DNA of 64,000 bases from an uncultured Chloroflexia bacterium (GTDB lineage: Bacteria > Chloroflexota > Limnocylindria > Limnocylindrales > CSP1-4). A model generated the notes under the pieces. That model was not told the origin of the DNA. It was given only the letters and a program-made list of their open reading frames with translations, and ran no database searches. Of the stretch, positions 1-8,348 are shown piece by piece (the first letter of the stretch is position 1; each line of letters begins with the position of its first letter). The stretch spans positions 787,051 through 851,050 of the forward strand of contig CAVSAP010000006.1 in assembly GCA_963726055.1 (NCBI GenBank). The letters run 5' to 3'. A program made the position numbers and the translations under genes.

Positions 1-62
1 GTCGCTGGGCATCCGAGCGGGCGTGGGCCGTGTCACTCCCATCGGCCAATGATGACGGCTTG

Positions 63-530
63 GCGGGCGTCGCCGCTGCCCACGGCGTCGACCATCTCGG
101 CCGGAGGCGCCATCATCGACCCGACACGACGGAGGCTGCGTGAGAGCAAACGATGCCCGACGACACGCGAATTGATCGCTGGTTGTGCGCGGTGCGCCTC
201 GTCAAGACCCGGCCCATGGCGACCCAGCTGTGCGAAGGCGGGCACGTCCGCGTCAACGGCAACCCGGCAAAGCCGTCGACGAAGGTTCGTGCCGGCGACG
301 TCGTGCATGCCCTGATCGCCGAACGTGAGCGGATCGTCGAGGTCGTGCGGCCGATCGAAACGCGCGTCGGCGCGCCGGTCGCCGCCACGTGCTACGTCGA
401 CAACAGCCCACCGCCGGTGATCCGAGAGATCGCGCCCGGCATCAAGGCGGTCCGTGGGGAGGGCCGGCCGAGCAAGCGTCTTCGCCGCGAGCTCGAACGG
501 ATGCGGCGGGCCGGGCTGCCACGCGTCGAC
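63..530. repeat. Direct repeat copy 1 (~470 bp), nearly identical to 3645-4130
   Basis: By-eye alignment of 63-530 against 3645-4130 shows only scattered substitutions plus a 32-bp indel. Each copy contains a full S4-domain gene. Confidence 0.8.
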
Positions 531-536
531 GGATGA
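153..536 (+). CDS. S4-domain RNA-binding protein (Hsp15 / ribosome-associated heat-shock protein-like), copy 1
   Basis: 127-aa ORF 'IDRWLCAVRLVKTRPMATQLCEGGHVRVNGNPAKPSTKVRAGDVV' matches the S4 alpha-L motif fold. A duplicate lies at 3765-4136. Confidence 0.6.
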   Translation: MPDDTRIDRWLCAVRLVKTRPMATQLCEGGHVRVNGNPAKPSTKVRAGDVVHALIAERERIVEVVRPIETRVGAPVAATCYVDNSPPPVIREIAPGIKAVRGEGRPSKRLRRELERMRRAGLPRVDG

Positions 537-548
537 TCGTCAGGCGAC

Positions 549-1889
549 CTACGGCGTCGTCCAGTCGAAGGGTTCACTCACGTTCGGCAACCGAAGCAGA
601 GCGGCTGCCGCGTCGTTCTTGCGCCGGCTGCCCAGGCCAGGAGTCACCGCCGCCAGCCGTGGCAGGCCGACCAACGGCGCGAGATCCTCGGGCTGCAGGT
701 GGCGCATGTCGATGAGCTCGATGGCTTCGAGCGCGGGCGCGGTCGCGAGCGGGCCCAGGTCTCTGAGGCCCTTCATGGTTTCGAGCCGAATCCGTCGTAG
801 CTCGGTCGCCCGATGAAAGTCCGGAAGAGCCTGGACCTGACGCAGCGCCTGGAGAAACAGCGCTCGGAGCGACGGGATCTGCCCGACGGCGGACACGTCC
901 GTGAGCCCGTGGATCATCCAGAGCTCGAGATAGCGCAGCTTCCCGACTCGTGGCAGGAGGCGGAGATCGCGCGTCCCGCCAAGTTTGAGATCGAGGGATC
1001 GCAGCCGCTTCAGGGGCAGAAGCAGCGATAGATCGGGCATCGTGATCGAGCGAAGCGTCAGGTCGTCCAGTGCCGCGAGCCCGGAGATGACCTCGAGGTG
1101 CTTCGTCTGTCCCTCGATGAAGAGCGAGGTCAGCTCGCGAAAGCGCGCGAGGATCGCAAGGTCGAGCTTCGCCCGGGTCGCGCCGATGACAAGCTCGTCG
1201 AGGTCCATCGGCAGGTGGCGAAGGCCATCGATCGATGTCAGGGAGTCCCACATGGCATCTGCGCCGAAGCGACGGAGGGTGGGAAAGAACCGCAGGAACT
1301 CGAGATCCACGATCGAGTGGTCGTAGGAGCCATACGCTCGGAGCGTCATCTCCGGGTACTGCCGGAACCACTCGCCGAGCTGGCGGAAGTCGTCGTCGGT
1401 CAGCTTGCTGCGGAACTGGACGACGCCCCGAGCGGTGGGCGACGGTCGGAGCATCTCGCCGGTCAGCGGCGATGACACCTCGCGGAAGTCTGACGTCGGC
1501 GCCGGATCACCCGCGATGAACCGCCATTCCGCTCGCATGACGCCGTAGCCATCGCCCCAATACGTGTCCACCGTCGTCGGAGGCTCGATCCCGTCGGCGT
1601 CGAGCGGCCGCTCGCCCAGGACGGTGCCGCCGCCGAACGAGATGAGGCGCACATGGGCGTTGCCGACCTCGAGCACCCGACGTCCGGCGATCGCCTCGGA
1701 CGACGGAGGCGCCTCACCGACCCAATCGAGGATCGCGCCGATGAAGCGCGTTCGACCACCGATCGCCTTGTCGCGCTCGACTCGAAGCACGCGCCCGCAG
1801 CCGAACCGGCCGTCCGAGAGCGGGATCGACCAGAACTGGCCAGGGCTCAGCTGAGCGTTCGTCTTCGGCGTCAGCGGGTACGTGGTCAT
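549..1889 (-). CDS. Leucine-rich-repeat protein with an N-terminal globular domain
   Basis: ATG at 1889 ('MTTYPLTPKTNAQLSPGQFWSIPLSDGRFGCGRVL...'). The C-terminal half carries repeated LxxLxLxxL units ('LRSLDLKLGGTRDLRLLPRVGKLRYLELW...'). The track ORF 549-2111 is a frame-fusion artefact with the upstream gene. Confidence 0.5.
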   Translation of the reverse strand: MTTYPLTPKTNAQLSPGQFWSIPLSDGRFGCGRVLRVERDKAIGGRTRFIGAILDWVGEAPPSSEAIAGRRVLEVGNAHVRLISFGGGTVLGERPLDADGIEPPTTVDTYWGDGYGVMRAEWRFIAGDPAPTSDFREVSSPLTGEMLRPSPTARGVVQFRSKLTDDDFRQLGEWFRQYPEMTLRAYGSYDHSIVDLEFLRFFPTLRRFGADAMWDSLTSIDGLRHLPMDLDELVIGATRAKLDLAILARFRELTSLFIEGQTKHLEVISGLAALDDLTLRSITMPDLSLLLPLKRLRSLDLKLGGTRDLRLLPRVGKLRYLELWMIHGLTDVSAVGQIPSLRALFLQALRQVQALPDFHRATELRRIRLETMKGLRDLGPLATAPALEAIELIDMRHLQPEDLAPLVGLPRLAAVTPGLGSRRKNDAAAALLRLPNVSEPFDWTTP

Positions 1890-2442
1890 CGTTCGGGCGC
1901 CTCCATGCGCTCGAGAAGCGCCATCGTCGTCGCCCAGCTGCGGATCGTCATCGACTTGTAGGCCGGCGTGCCGACGATCTTGCCGAGGCGGCTCTTCGTC
2001 CGTTGCCGCGGTAAGCCGCTGCGAGTAGATCACGCCCTTGCCCGGCCACACCGTGTCGACGCCGGGTCGCGGGTCGAAGACCTTCATCGCCGTCGGCGCG
2101 TCGATCCCCATGAGGAAGACCGCGTCGCTGTTGTACGTGTCCGGCTTGTCGCCGAAGCCCTTCGGCCGATCCTGGACGACGGCCCGGAGCTGGGCGCGCG
2201 TCAGGACCAGGACGGCGATCAGCTCGCTGTCGAGCTTGAACGTCTTGGGGAGCGCTTCCTCGAGCTCGCGCTTGATCGCGACCGCCGATCTGGTCGGAGC
2301 TCAGGATCACGTTGCCGCTGGCGATGTAGGTGGAGACCTTCGTGTGGCCGTGCGACTCGAGGAGCTCGCGCAGCGCCGCCATCGGCACCTTGTTCCGGCC
2401 ACCGACGTTGATGCCGCGCAGGAGGACGAGGTACCTGGTCAT
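1886..2442 (-). pseudogene. DUF1697-family protein, broken by at least 2 frameshifts
   Basis: N-terminus 'MTRYLVLLRGINVGGRNKVPMAALRELLESHGHTKVSTYIASGNVILSSD' is typical DUF1697. The middle ('SELIAVLVLTRAQLRAVVQDRPKGFGDKPDTYNSDAVFLMGIDAPTAMKVF') and the C-terminus ('RTKSRLGKIVGTPAYKSMTIRSWATTMALLERMEAPER*') are readable only in other frames. Its TGA overlaps the ATG of the LRR gene (ATGA). Confidence 0.6.
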
Positions 2443-2464
2443 CCCGGTCCCGAGCCGATCGAGC

Positions 2465-2884
2465 TCACGCGTCGGCCGGGAGCAGGCGAAACGGCCGGTC
2501 GCGCGGGCCGACGATCGCTCGGAAGTGCCGCTCGTCCAGCGTCAGGAGGTCGACGGTCTGGTGTCGACCGGCCAGAACGACGATCGACGCATCGGCGAGC
2601 CCAAGACCGAGATCGGCGTACCGGTCGAGAATGCCGGTCGCGCGCGAGACATCGTCCGCGTCGAACGGCGCGAGCTCGTAGGCGCCGTCGGCGACTTCCC
2701 CGAGAAACGAGCGAGCGACCCGCGCCGAAACGTGGCGCGCGAGCAGGTAGTCAAGCTCGGCGAGGACGAAGGGCGAGAGGATGCGAGGTCCGCCGGCCTG
2801 CTTCAGCGACATGGCCGCGGCACGATGATGGACTTCCGATGCATCAAGGGCCGCGAGGAGCCCGCTCGTGTCCAGCAGGATCAC
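2465..2884 (-). CDS. vapC: PIN-domain ribonuclease toxin VapC
   Basis: 139-aa ORF 'MILLDTSGLLAAL...' with a PIN-like acidic-residue pattern. It overlaps the upstream antitoxin gene by 4 nt. Confidence 0.7.
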   Translation of the reverse strand: MILLDTSGLLAALDASEVHHRAAAMSLKQAGGPRILSPFVLAELDYLLARHVSARVARSFLGEVADGAYELAPFDADDVSRATGILDRYADLGLGLADASIVVLAGRHQTVDLLTLDERHFRAIVGPRDRPFRLLPADA

Positions 2885-3102
2885 TGCTCTCCGAAGCCCT
2901 CGAGCAGGTCGTCCGCACGTGTCGCAAGACCAGCCTGACCGCTCTCGAACAGCGGGATCGTCGGCTCGGCGACGCGATGGCCGGATGTCACCGTGTCCAC
3001 GCCCTCGCGGATGAGCTCCGCCTCACTCTTCCCAGTCGCACGAGCGGTCGTGGCGAGGGCGCGTCGCTGCGCACTCGTAAGGTAGACGGTGGTCCGTTCC
3101 AT
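2881..3102 (-). CDS. vapB: Ribbon-helix-helix (CopG-like) antitoxin VapB
   Basis: 73-aa ORF 'MERTTVYLTSAQRRALATTARATGKSEAELIREGVD' from the ATG at 3102. It lies directly upstream of and overlapping vapC. Confidence 0.6.
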   Translation of the reverse strand: MERTTVYLTSAQRRALATTARATGKSEAELIREGVDTVTSGHRVAEPTIPLFESGQAGLATRADDLLEGFGEQ

Positions 3103-3250
3103 GCCATACACAGTACCATACGTTTGGATCGACGACAGGGGGCGGATCCGCCCGGGGGCAGACTGAAGCGTCGAGCAATTGTCGAGGCTGGTCGAGCGAT
3201 TTCGTCGCGAAGGTGAAAGCGGGAAGATCCTGCGCGACAAGGAGACAACG

Positions 3251-3613
3251 ATGCCCCAGTACATGCTGTCCGTGCACACCGCCCCAGGCGCGCCGCGCGA
3301 GCCAATGACCGACGAGGAGCAGCGAGCGGGCTTCGCCCGGATCGCCGGGATCGAGGCCGACCTGGAGGCGGCCGAAGCGTTCGTGTTCTCGGCCCGGCTC
3401 AGCGAGCCGAGTGAAGCCAAGGTCGTCCGACGGGGCCCGGGCAAGCCGAAGAGCACCGACGGCCCGTTCGCCGAGACGAAGGAGCAGATCGGCGGCTTCT
3501 ACCTCATCGAGGTACCGACGATCGAGGCCGCCCTCGACTGGGCGTCACGCGTCAGCGACGCGATCGGCGAACCGATCGAGGTCCGGCCGCTCGTCGGGAG
3601 CCGCGGCCGCTGA
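3251..3613 (+). CDS. YciI-like (DGPF domain) protein
   Basis: 'MPQYMLSVHTAPGAP...DGPFAETKEQIGGFYLIEVPTIEAALDWASRVSDAIGEPIEVRPL' is the YCII-related fold signature. The ATG at 3251 lies within ORF 3179-3613. Confidence 0.55.
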   Translation: MPQYMLSVHTAPGAPREPMTDEEQRAGFARIAGIEADLEAAEAFVFSARLSEPSEAKVVRRGPGKPKSTDGPFAETKEQIGGFYLIEVPTIEAALDWASRVSDAIGEPIEVRPLVGSRGR

Positions 3614-3644
3614 GTCCGAACGCGAATCGAATCGAGACGGCCTG

Positions 3645-4130
3645 CGGGCGTCGCCGCTGGCGAGATCGAGGTAGGGTCGAGGCGCCGGAGCCCACGGCGT
3701 CGACCATCTCGGCCGGAGGCGCCATCATCGACCCGACACGACGGAGGCTGCGTGAGAGCAAACGATGCCCGACGACACGCGAATTGACCGCTGGTTATGC
3801 GCGGTTCGCCTCGTCAAGACCCGGCCGATGGCGACCCAGCTCTGCGATGGCGGGCACGTCCGCGTCAACGGCAACCCGGCCAAGCCATCGACAAAGGTTC
3901 GTGCCGGCGACGTCGTGCATGCCCTGATCGCCGAACGTGAGCGCATCGTCGAAGTCGTGCGGCCGATCGAAACGCGCGTCGGCGCGCCGACCGCGGCCAC
4001 CTGCTACGTCGACAACAGCCCACCGCCGGTAATCCGAGAGATCGCGCCCGGCATCAAGGCGATCCGGGGGGAGGGCCGGCCGAGCAAGCGTCTTCGCCGC
4101 GAGCTCGAACGGATGCGGCGGGCCGGGCCG
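3645..4130. repeat. Direct repeat copy 2 (~486 bp)
   Basis: Same sequence as 63-530. It has an extra 32 bp ('gcgagatcgaggtagggtcgaggcgccggagc') near its 5' end. Confidence 0.8.
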
Positions 4131-4136
4131 GGCTGA
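3765..4136 (+). CDS. S4-domain RNA-binding protein, copy 2
   Basis: 123-aa protein about 96% identical to the 153-536 product (E27D, V75T, V98I, different C-terminal 8 residues). Confidence 0.6.
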   Translation: MPDDTRIDRWLCAVRLVKTRPMATQLCDGGHVRVNGNPAKPSTKVRAGDVVHALIAERERIVEVVRPIETRVGAPTAATCYVDNSPPPVIREIAPGIKAIRGEGRPSKRLRRELERMRRAGPG

Positions 4137-4198
4137 TCGCCGACGGACCGGCCGCCGGCCTCCTCGTGACGAGGCGACGTTTCGGGCCGTCGCGGAGC

Positions 4199-4660
4199 TC
4201 ATCGCTTCCCGAAACCGGGCAGGGCCGTGGCCTGTTTCATCCACGACGCGAGTTGCTGTTCGTCGAGGTCGTCCAATGATTCGAGGTCGACGCCGCGCGT
4301 GTCCTTGCCCATCCCGATCGGCGTGCTCGGCGGTACGGGCGTGAGGGACGTGCCGCGTCCGAACGCGACCTTGACGTGGCCGGCGAAGCCGCCGCACGCG
4401 AAGCACCAGCCGTCGCCGACGCCGTACCACGCCATGCCCCACTTCACGGAGCGCTGCAGGTCCGGCAGCGTCTCGGCCGCCAGGGCATCGACGCGTTCGG
4501 CGATGGAGCGTTGCGGCTGCGGCAAGCTGCTGATGTAGGCAAAGACCGGCTTGTCGCCGACCGCGGCCTTGGCGGGGCTTGCCCTGCCAGTCATGGCGGC
4601 CGGCAGCGTCGCGAGGACGTTGGCTGGCGCGACCGTCGGCTCGGTGGGTTTGCGTGTCAT
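4199..4660 (-). CDS. DUF1801 (YdhG-like) domain protein
   Basis: 'MTRKPTEPTVAPANVLATLPAAMTGRASPAKAAVGDKPVFAYISSLPQPQRSIAERVDALAAETLPDLQRSVKWGMAWYG' is the DUF1801 pattern. The internal ATG was chosen inside ORF 4199-4786. Confidence 0.5.
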   Translation of the reverse strand: MTRKPTEPTVAPANVLATLPAAMTGRASPAKAAVGDKPVFAYISSLPQPQRSIAERVDALAAETLPDLQRSVKWGMAWYGVGDGWCFACGGFAGHVKVAFGRGTSLTPVPPSTPIGMGKDTRGVDLESLDDLDEQQLASWMKQATALPGFGKR

Positions 4661-4745
4661 GTTCGACTCTCCGCTTCGTGTTCGTCCAACTCTTGGACTG
4701 CCGACCGGCTCGAAACTCATCGGTGCCGCTCGTCGAACAGTTTCG

Positions 4746-5882
4746 TCAGCGCAACGCCGCGAAAAACGCCCGCAGGTCGCCGACATAGAGATCCGGGACC
4801 TCCATCGCCGGGAAGTGCCCGCCGGCGTCGTGCTCGTTCCAGTAGGCCAGCCGTCCCTCGGGATCGAGAATCCGGCGCACCAGCGGTTCGCGCCCGAATG
4901 ACACGAACCCTTGCGGTCGGTCGTGGGCCTCGCCCCAGGATGCCGCCGTGTGCGCGGTTTCGTAGAGGAAGTTCGCGGCGCCGGCGCCGCCTTGGTTGAA
5001 CCAGTAGACGCTGACCAGCGTGAGGAGGTGATCGAGGTCGACGGCCTCCTCCGGGAGCCCCTTCGCCGGATCGGTCCACTCCTGGATCTTCTCCACGATC
5101 CAGGTCAGTTGCGCGACCGGCGAGTCCGTCAGGCCGTAGGCGATCGACTGCGGACGCGTCGTCTGGAGCGCGATGTACCCGAAGTCCTCGTCCCGCGCCG
5201 CCTTCAGAGCCGCGTGACGCGCCTGTTCGTCTTCGGTGAGATGGTCCGTCGGCGGGGTGTACTCGGTCGCGATCGCGCCGGGATCCGTCACGACGAGGGT
5301 CCCGATCATCCGCTCGCCGGCAATCAGGCCGATCTCGGCCGAGATCCCGGCACCGATATCGCCACCCGCCACCCCGTACCGCTCATAGCCAAGTGCCTGC
5401 ATGATCTGGTCAAACGCGCTTGCCGAGCGCTGGATGCCCCACCCGGGCACTGGCGGGGCGGAGAAGCCGAACCCGGGCAACGACGGGATCACGACGTGGA
5501 AGGCGTCCTCGGCCCGGCCGCCGTGGGCCTCCGGGTCGACCAGCGAATCGATCATCCGGGTGAACTCGACGAACGAGCTCGGATAGCCGTGGGCGAGGAG
5601 GAGGGGAGTGGCGCCGGCGACCTTCGAGCGAACGTGGACGAAGTGGAGGAGCTGGCCGTCGATCGTGGTTGTGAACTGCGGAAACGAGTTGAGCCTCGCC
5701 TCCTGCGCCTTCCAGTCGAAGCGGGTCGTCCACGTCTCGGCGAGCCCGCGGGCATACGAGGTCGGGACGCCTCGGCTCCAGTCGGCCACCACGTCGGCCG
5801 GCCAGCGCGTATTCGCCAGGCGGGACTTCAGATCGGCGAGATCAGCATCGGAGATGGCGATGGTGAAGGGCGTGATCTCCAC
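4746..5882 (-). CDS. Epoxide hydrolase (N-terminal EH domain plus alpha/beta hydrolase)
   Basis: 378-aa protein. 'HGYPSSFVEF' (HGWP-like) and 'GGDIGAGI' (nucleophile elbow) are microsomal-EH-like features. Confidence 0.7.
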   Translation of the reverse strand: MEITPFTIAISDADLADLKSRLANTRWPADVVADWSRGVPTSYARGLAETWTTRFDWKAQEARLNSFPQFTTTIDGQLLHFVHVRSKVAGATPLLLAHGYPSSFVEFTRMIDSLVDPEAHGGRAEDAFHVVIPSLPGFGFSAPPVPGWGIQRSASAFDQIMQALGYERYGVAGGDIGAGISAEIGLIAGERMIGTLVVTDPGAIATEYTPPTDHLTEDEQARHAALKAARDEDFGYIALQTTRPQSIAYGLTDSPVAQLTWIVEKIQEWTDPAKGLPEEAVDLDHLLTLVSVYWFNQGGAGAANFLYETAHTAASWGEAHDRPQGFVSFGREPLVRRILDPEGRLAYWNEHDAGGHFPAMEVPDLYVGDLRAFFAALR

Positions 5883-5969
5883 GGGACGAACCTCCGTTCA
5901 ATGGACTTGGGATGTGTCCATTCAAGCGTGGTTCGGTCGCGAAGTATTGAAGCCAAACGACACGGAACG

Positions 5970-6647
5970 CTAGATCGCCTCGTCGCGCTCCTTGGTCCTG
6001 CCGGGCGTATACCCCGTCAGTTGCTTCAGATCGCGCGTCAGGTGGGCCTGGTCGGCGTAGCCCATGTCGTGCGTGACATCCAGGATCGTCGCACCCTGGC
6101 GCAGACGCTCGGCCGCCTCGCGGGCGCGAACGATCTGGCGGATCCGATTCATCGTGAGTCCGGTGACCTGTGAGACGTGACGCTGGACCGACCGGACCGA
6201 GGTCGACGGAGGCTCGCCGCGCAGGACGGCGTTGACCACGGAGTCGTCGCTGAGGAGGCCAAGGGTCTCGAGCTCCGCGACGAACTCGTCGGCCGTCTCG
6301 TACGTGGGCATCGGCCACTCGCGGCCGGCCAGGAGGAACGACTCGGCCGTCGGCATCGGCAACGCCTCGGTCGTGTCGACCATCGCGGTCGTCGGTACGT
6401 GGGTGAGGAACGACCCGCGGTGAAACCGGATGCCGACGTTCCGATTGCCCGAGCGATAGGGGACAGGGGTGATCTTCGTGGATGGGCCGCTCAGGAGCGC
6501 CCGGCTGCCGTCGGCGCTGCGGATGAAGATCATGTCCCAGCACGCGTCAGCCGCCGCCAGGTACGTCCCATCGGTCCTGTCGTGGGTCCGCCAGATGATG
6601 TCCACGAACCGAGAACGCGAGGGTCGTTCCTCGTAGTCGAAGGGCAT
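5970..6647 (-). CDS. AraC-family transcriptional regulator
   Basis: The C-terminal 100 aa form a twin helix-turn-helix ('HVSQVTGLTMNRIRQIVRAREAAERLRQGATILDVTHDMGYADQAHLTRDLKQLTGYTP'). Confidence 0.65.
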   Translation of the reverse strand: MPFDYEERPSRSRFVDIIWRTHDRTDGTYLAAADACWDMIFIRSADGSRALLSGPSTKITPVPYRSGNRNVGIRFHRGSFLTHVPTTAMVDTTEALPMPTAESFLLAGREWPMPTYETADEFVAELETLGLLSDDSVVNAVLRGEPPSTSVRSVQRHVSQVTGLTMNRIRQIVRAREAAERLRQGATILDVTHDMGYADQAHLTRDLKQLTGYTPGRTKERDEAI

Positions 6648-6707
6648 CTCACGGACAGCCTACATCGACCGGATGTCTGATTCGGGGCGTGACGCCAGGG
6701 CGGCTAA

Positions 6708-6737
6708 TTGCACAAGTTGTGCATCTACGTGTATGGT
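6708..6737 (+). promoter_or_regulatory. Putative promoter (-35 TTGCAC, 18-nt spacer, -10 TATGGT) with an overlapping operator palindrome TGCACAAgTTGTGCA (6709-6723)
   Basis: Both seen directly in the sequence. The -10 ends 6 nt before the ATG at 6744, suggesting a leaderless transcript. Confidence 0.4.
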
Positions 6738-6743
6738 GTCGCC

Positions 6744-7001
6744 ATGCCGCGATCGACTAATCGGGTGAATGTCGTGCTCGATGACGAGCGCGCGACGAAG
6801 CTTCAGCGCCTCGCGGAGCGGACACACACGAACCCCGGAACACTGGCCCGGTCGCTGTTGGCCACGGCGCTTGACGAAGCCGATCCAGATGCCCGCAACG
6901 TGACCGAACTCCTCGACGCCATCCCGGGCGCCTTCGAGCGAGCCGAAGCGGGGAGGGGAGAGGCGGCGGCAGGAGCTGGGACACCCGTCGAGGATCTCTG
7001 A
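6744..7001 (+). CDS. Ribbon-helix-helix antitoxin (ParD/CopG-like)
   Basis: 'MPRSTNRVNVVLDDERATKLQRLAERTHTNPGTLARSLL' is an RHH fold pattern. It sits immediately upstream of the ParE-like gene. Confidence 0.6.
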   Translation: MPRSTNRVNVVLDDERATKLQRLAERTHTNPGTLARSLLATALDEADPDARNVTELLDAIPGAFERAEAGRGEAAAGAGTPVEDL

Positions 7002-7004
7002 GCC

Positions 7005-7295
7005 GTGGCCCACGTCGTCATCACCCCGACGGCGGCAGCCGATCTCGCGCGCATGATCCGGACACACAGCCTGCCGGCCGACACGACGCCGAGGTTCAAG
7101 CGCTCCGTGGCGGCGCTATCGCGGTTCCCGTTGATCGGGGCGCCTCTGCACGGTCGATGGTCGGACTACCGATTCGTGCTCGGGCCCTGGCGCTGGATGA
7201 TCGTCGTCTACGTGTTCGACGAGTCAGCCGATCGGGTGGCCATCGTGACGGTCCAGGACGCTCGAACAGCTGGAGCGGCGACCTCGAGCTCGTAA
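7005..7295 (+). CDS. ParE/RelE-superfamily toxin
   Basis: 96-aa ORF with a GTG start 3 nt after the antitoxin stop. 'YRFVLGPWRWMIVVYVFDESADRVAIVTVQDAR' matches the ParE C-terminal core. Confidence 0.55.
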   Translation: MAHVVITPTAAADLARMIRTHSLPADTTPRFKRSVAALSRFPLIGAPLHGRWSDYRFVLGPWRWMIVVYVFDESADRVAIVTVQDARTAGAATSSS

Positions 7296-7306
7296 GGCCG
7301 TCGGTT

Positions 7307-7324
7307 AGCCGTCTACGGCTTTGG
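7307..7324 (+). terminator. Candidate hairpin terminator after the RHH-ParE operon
   Basis: AGCCG-TCTA-CGGCT stem-loop followed by TTTGG. It lies in a convergent gap of locally lower GC. Confidence 0.3.
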
Positions 7325-7493
7325 ATGGTCGACCAGGAAGTCCATGACCGAGTCTGCGAACGAACCGATTGCGTGCCGCCATTCTTTGGCCCTAGCGACT
7401 CCTCGCGCAGTAGCAGACATAACTCACCTTATCGGAAGTGACAGGGACCATGCCTGACAGCCATCGCAATGGGCCTCGGCCGGCCAAAGCGGG

Positions 7494-7886
7494 CTAGAGG
7501 TCGAGCGGGCCGAGGACGTCGACGCGCGACCCGATGCGACGGCGAAGTCGCTCATCGAGCGTCAGCAAGGGACACTCGAGCTGTCCCGCGAGTGCGACGT
7601 ACTCCGCGTCGTAGGTCTTGGCCCAACCGAGGTCGGTCGCCACCACCGTGGCGGCCTCCGCGAGCGATCCGGGCGGGGCGTGGGTAACGTTCAGCGACGC
7701 AAGACGGGCTAGAGCCTGTCGGGCGACGGCACCGGGAACATCGCCGCGCCAGACGAGTTCACGCAGCGCGGACGTCACCTCCGACGGCATCAGGGACGGC
7801 GCGTGCAGGGTATGTCGATCGAGCGGACCTATCGTACCGGCGAGCAGGACCTGCAGAGCGATACTCGCGTCCACCACTAGACGCAT
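7494..7886 (-). CDS. vapC: PIN-domain toxin VapC (second copy)
   Basis: 130-aa ORF 'MRLVVDASIALQVLL...' with a PIN motif. Confidence 0.7.
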   Translation of the reverse strand: MRLVVDASIALQVLLAGTIGPLDRHTLHAPSLMPSEVTSALRELVWRGDVPGAVARQALARLASLNVTHAPPGSLAEAATVVATDLGWAKTYDAEYVALAGQLECPLLTLDERLRRRIGSRVDVLGPLDL

Positions 7887-7890
7887 CGAG

Positions 7891-8148
7891 TCAATGCCCG
7901 GCGCGCGTGCGCCGAATCGCCGCCACGACGTCGGGCATGGGACCGCCCCAGAAGGTCGCCTGCCACTCTGGCGGAAGAGGCGCAGTCTCGGAGCGCGTAA
8001 GGGCGTCCAGGTCGGCCTCGTCGATCACGTGCTGCGTCCCGACCTTCGTGGCAGGGAGCCGGCCCTCGCGAATCCAGCGTCGGACGGTTTCGGCGTTCTT
8101 TCCAACTCGGCGAGCGGCCTCAGGCACGGTCAGCATTACACCCTCCAT
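7891..8148 (-). CDS. Helix-turn-helix (MerR/excisionase-type) antitoxin paired with the second VapC
   Basis: 'LTVPEAARRVGKNAETVRRWIREGRLPATKVGTQHVI' is the HTH_17-like DNA-binding motif. It ends 4 nt upstream of vapC. Confidence 0.55.
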   Translation of the reverse strand: MEGVMLTVPEAARRVGKNAETVRRWIREGRLPATKVGTQHVIDEADLDALTRSETAPLPPEWQATFWGGPMPDVVAAIRRTRAGH

Positions 8149-8348
8149 GTCGTTGCATACTACAACATCCGATTAGGTCGAGGTCGAGGTCGCGGGCAAG
8201 CGGAGTCCTCCAGCCAATCGGCGGTGTCGCCAAGGTGACACCCAACTGAAACGTGAATCAGAAACCGGGCCTCTGCATGAGGGCGTATGAGGGAATGTCG
8301 GCCGCAGCCTGCCGGCAGCCAACAACCCCGCAAGAGAGGTTCCCGATC

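Noticed and set aside
8253-8348. The annotated ORF start at 8253 (MNQKPGLCMRAYEG...) for the lipoprotein.
   Set aside because: The signal peptide begins at the internal Met at 8349 (MRSRLLMVAALL...). The upstream extension is hydrophilic and Arg/Cys-rich, so it was treated as 5' UTR.
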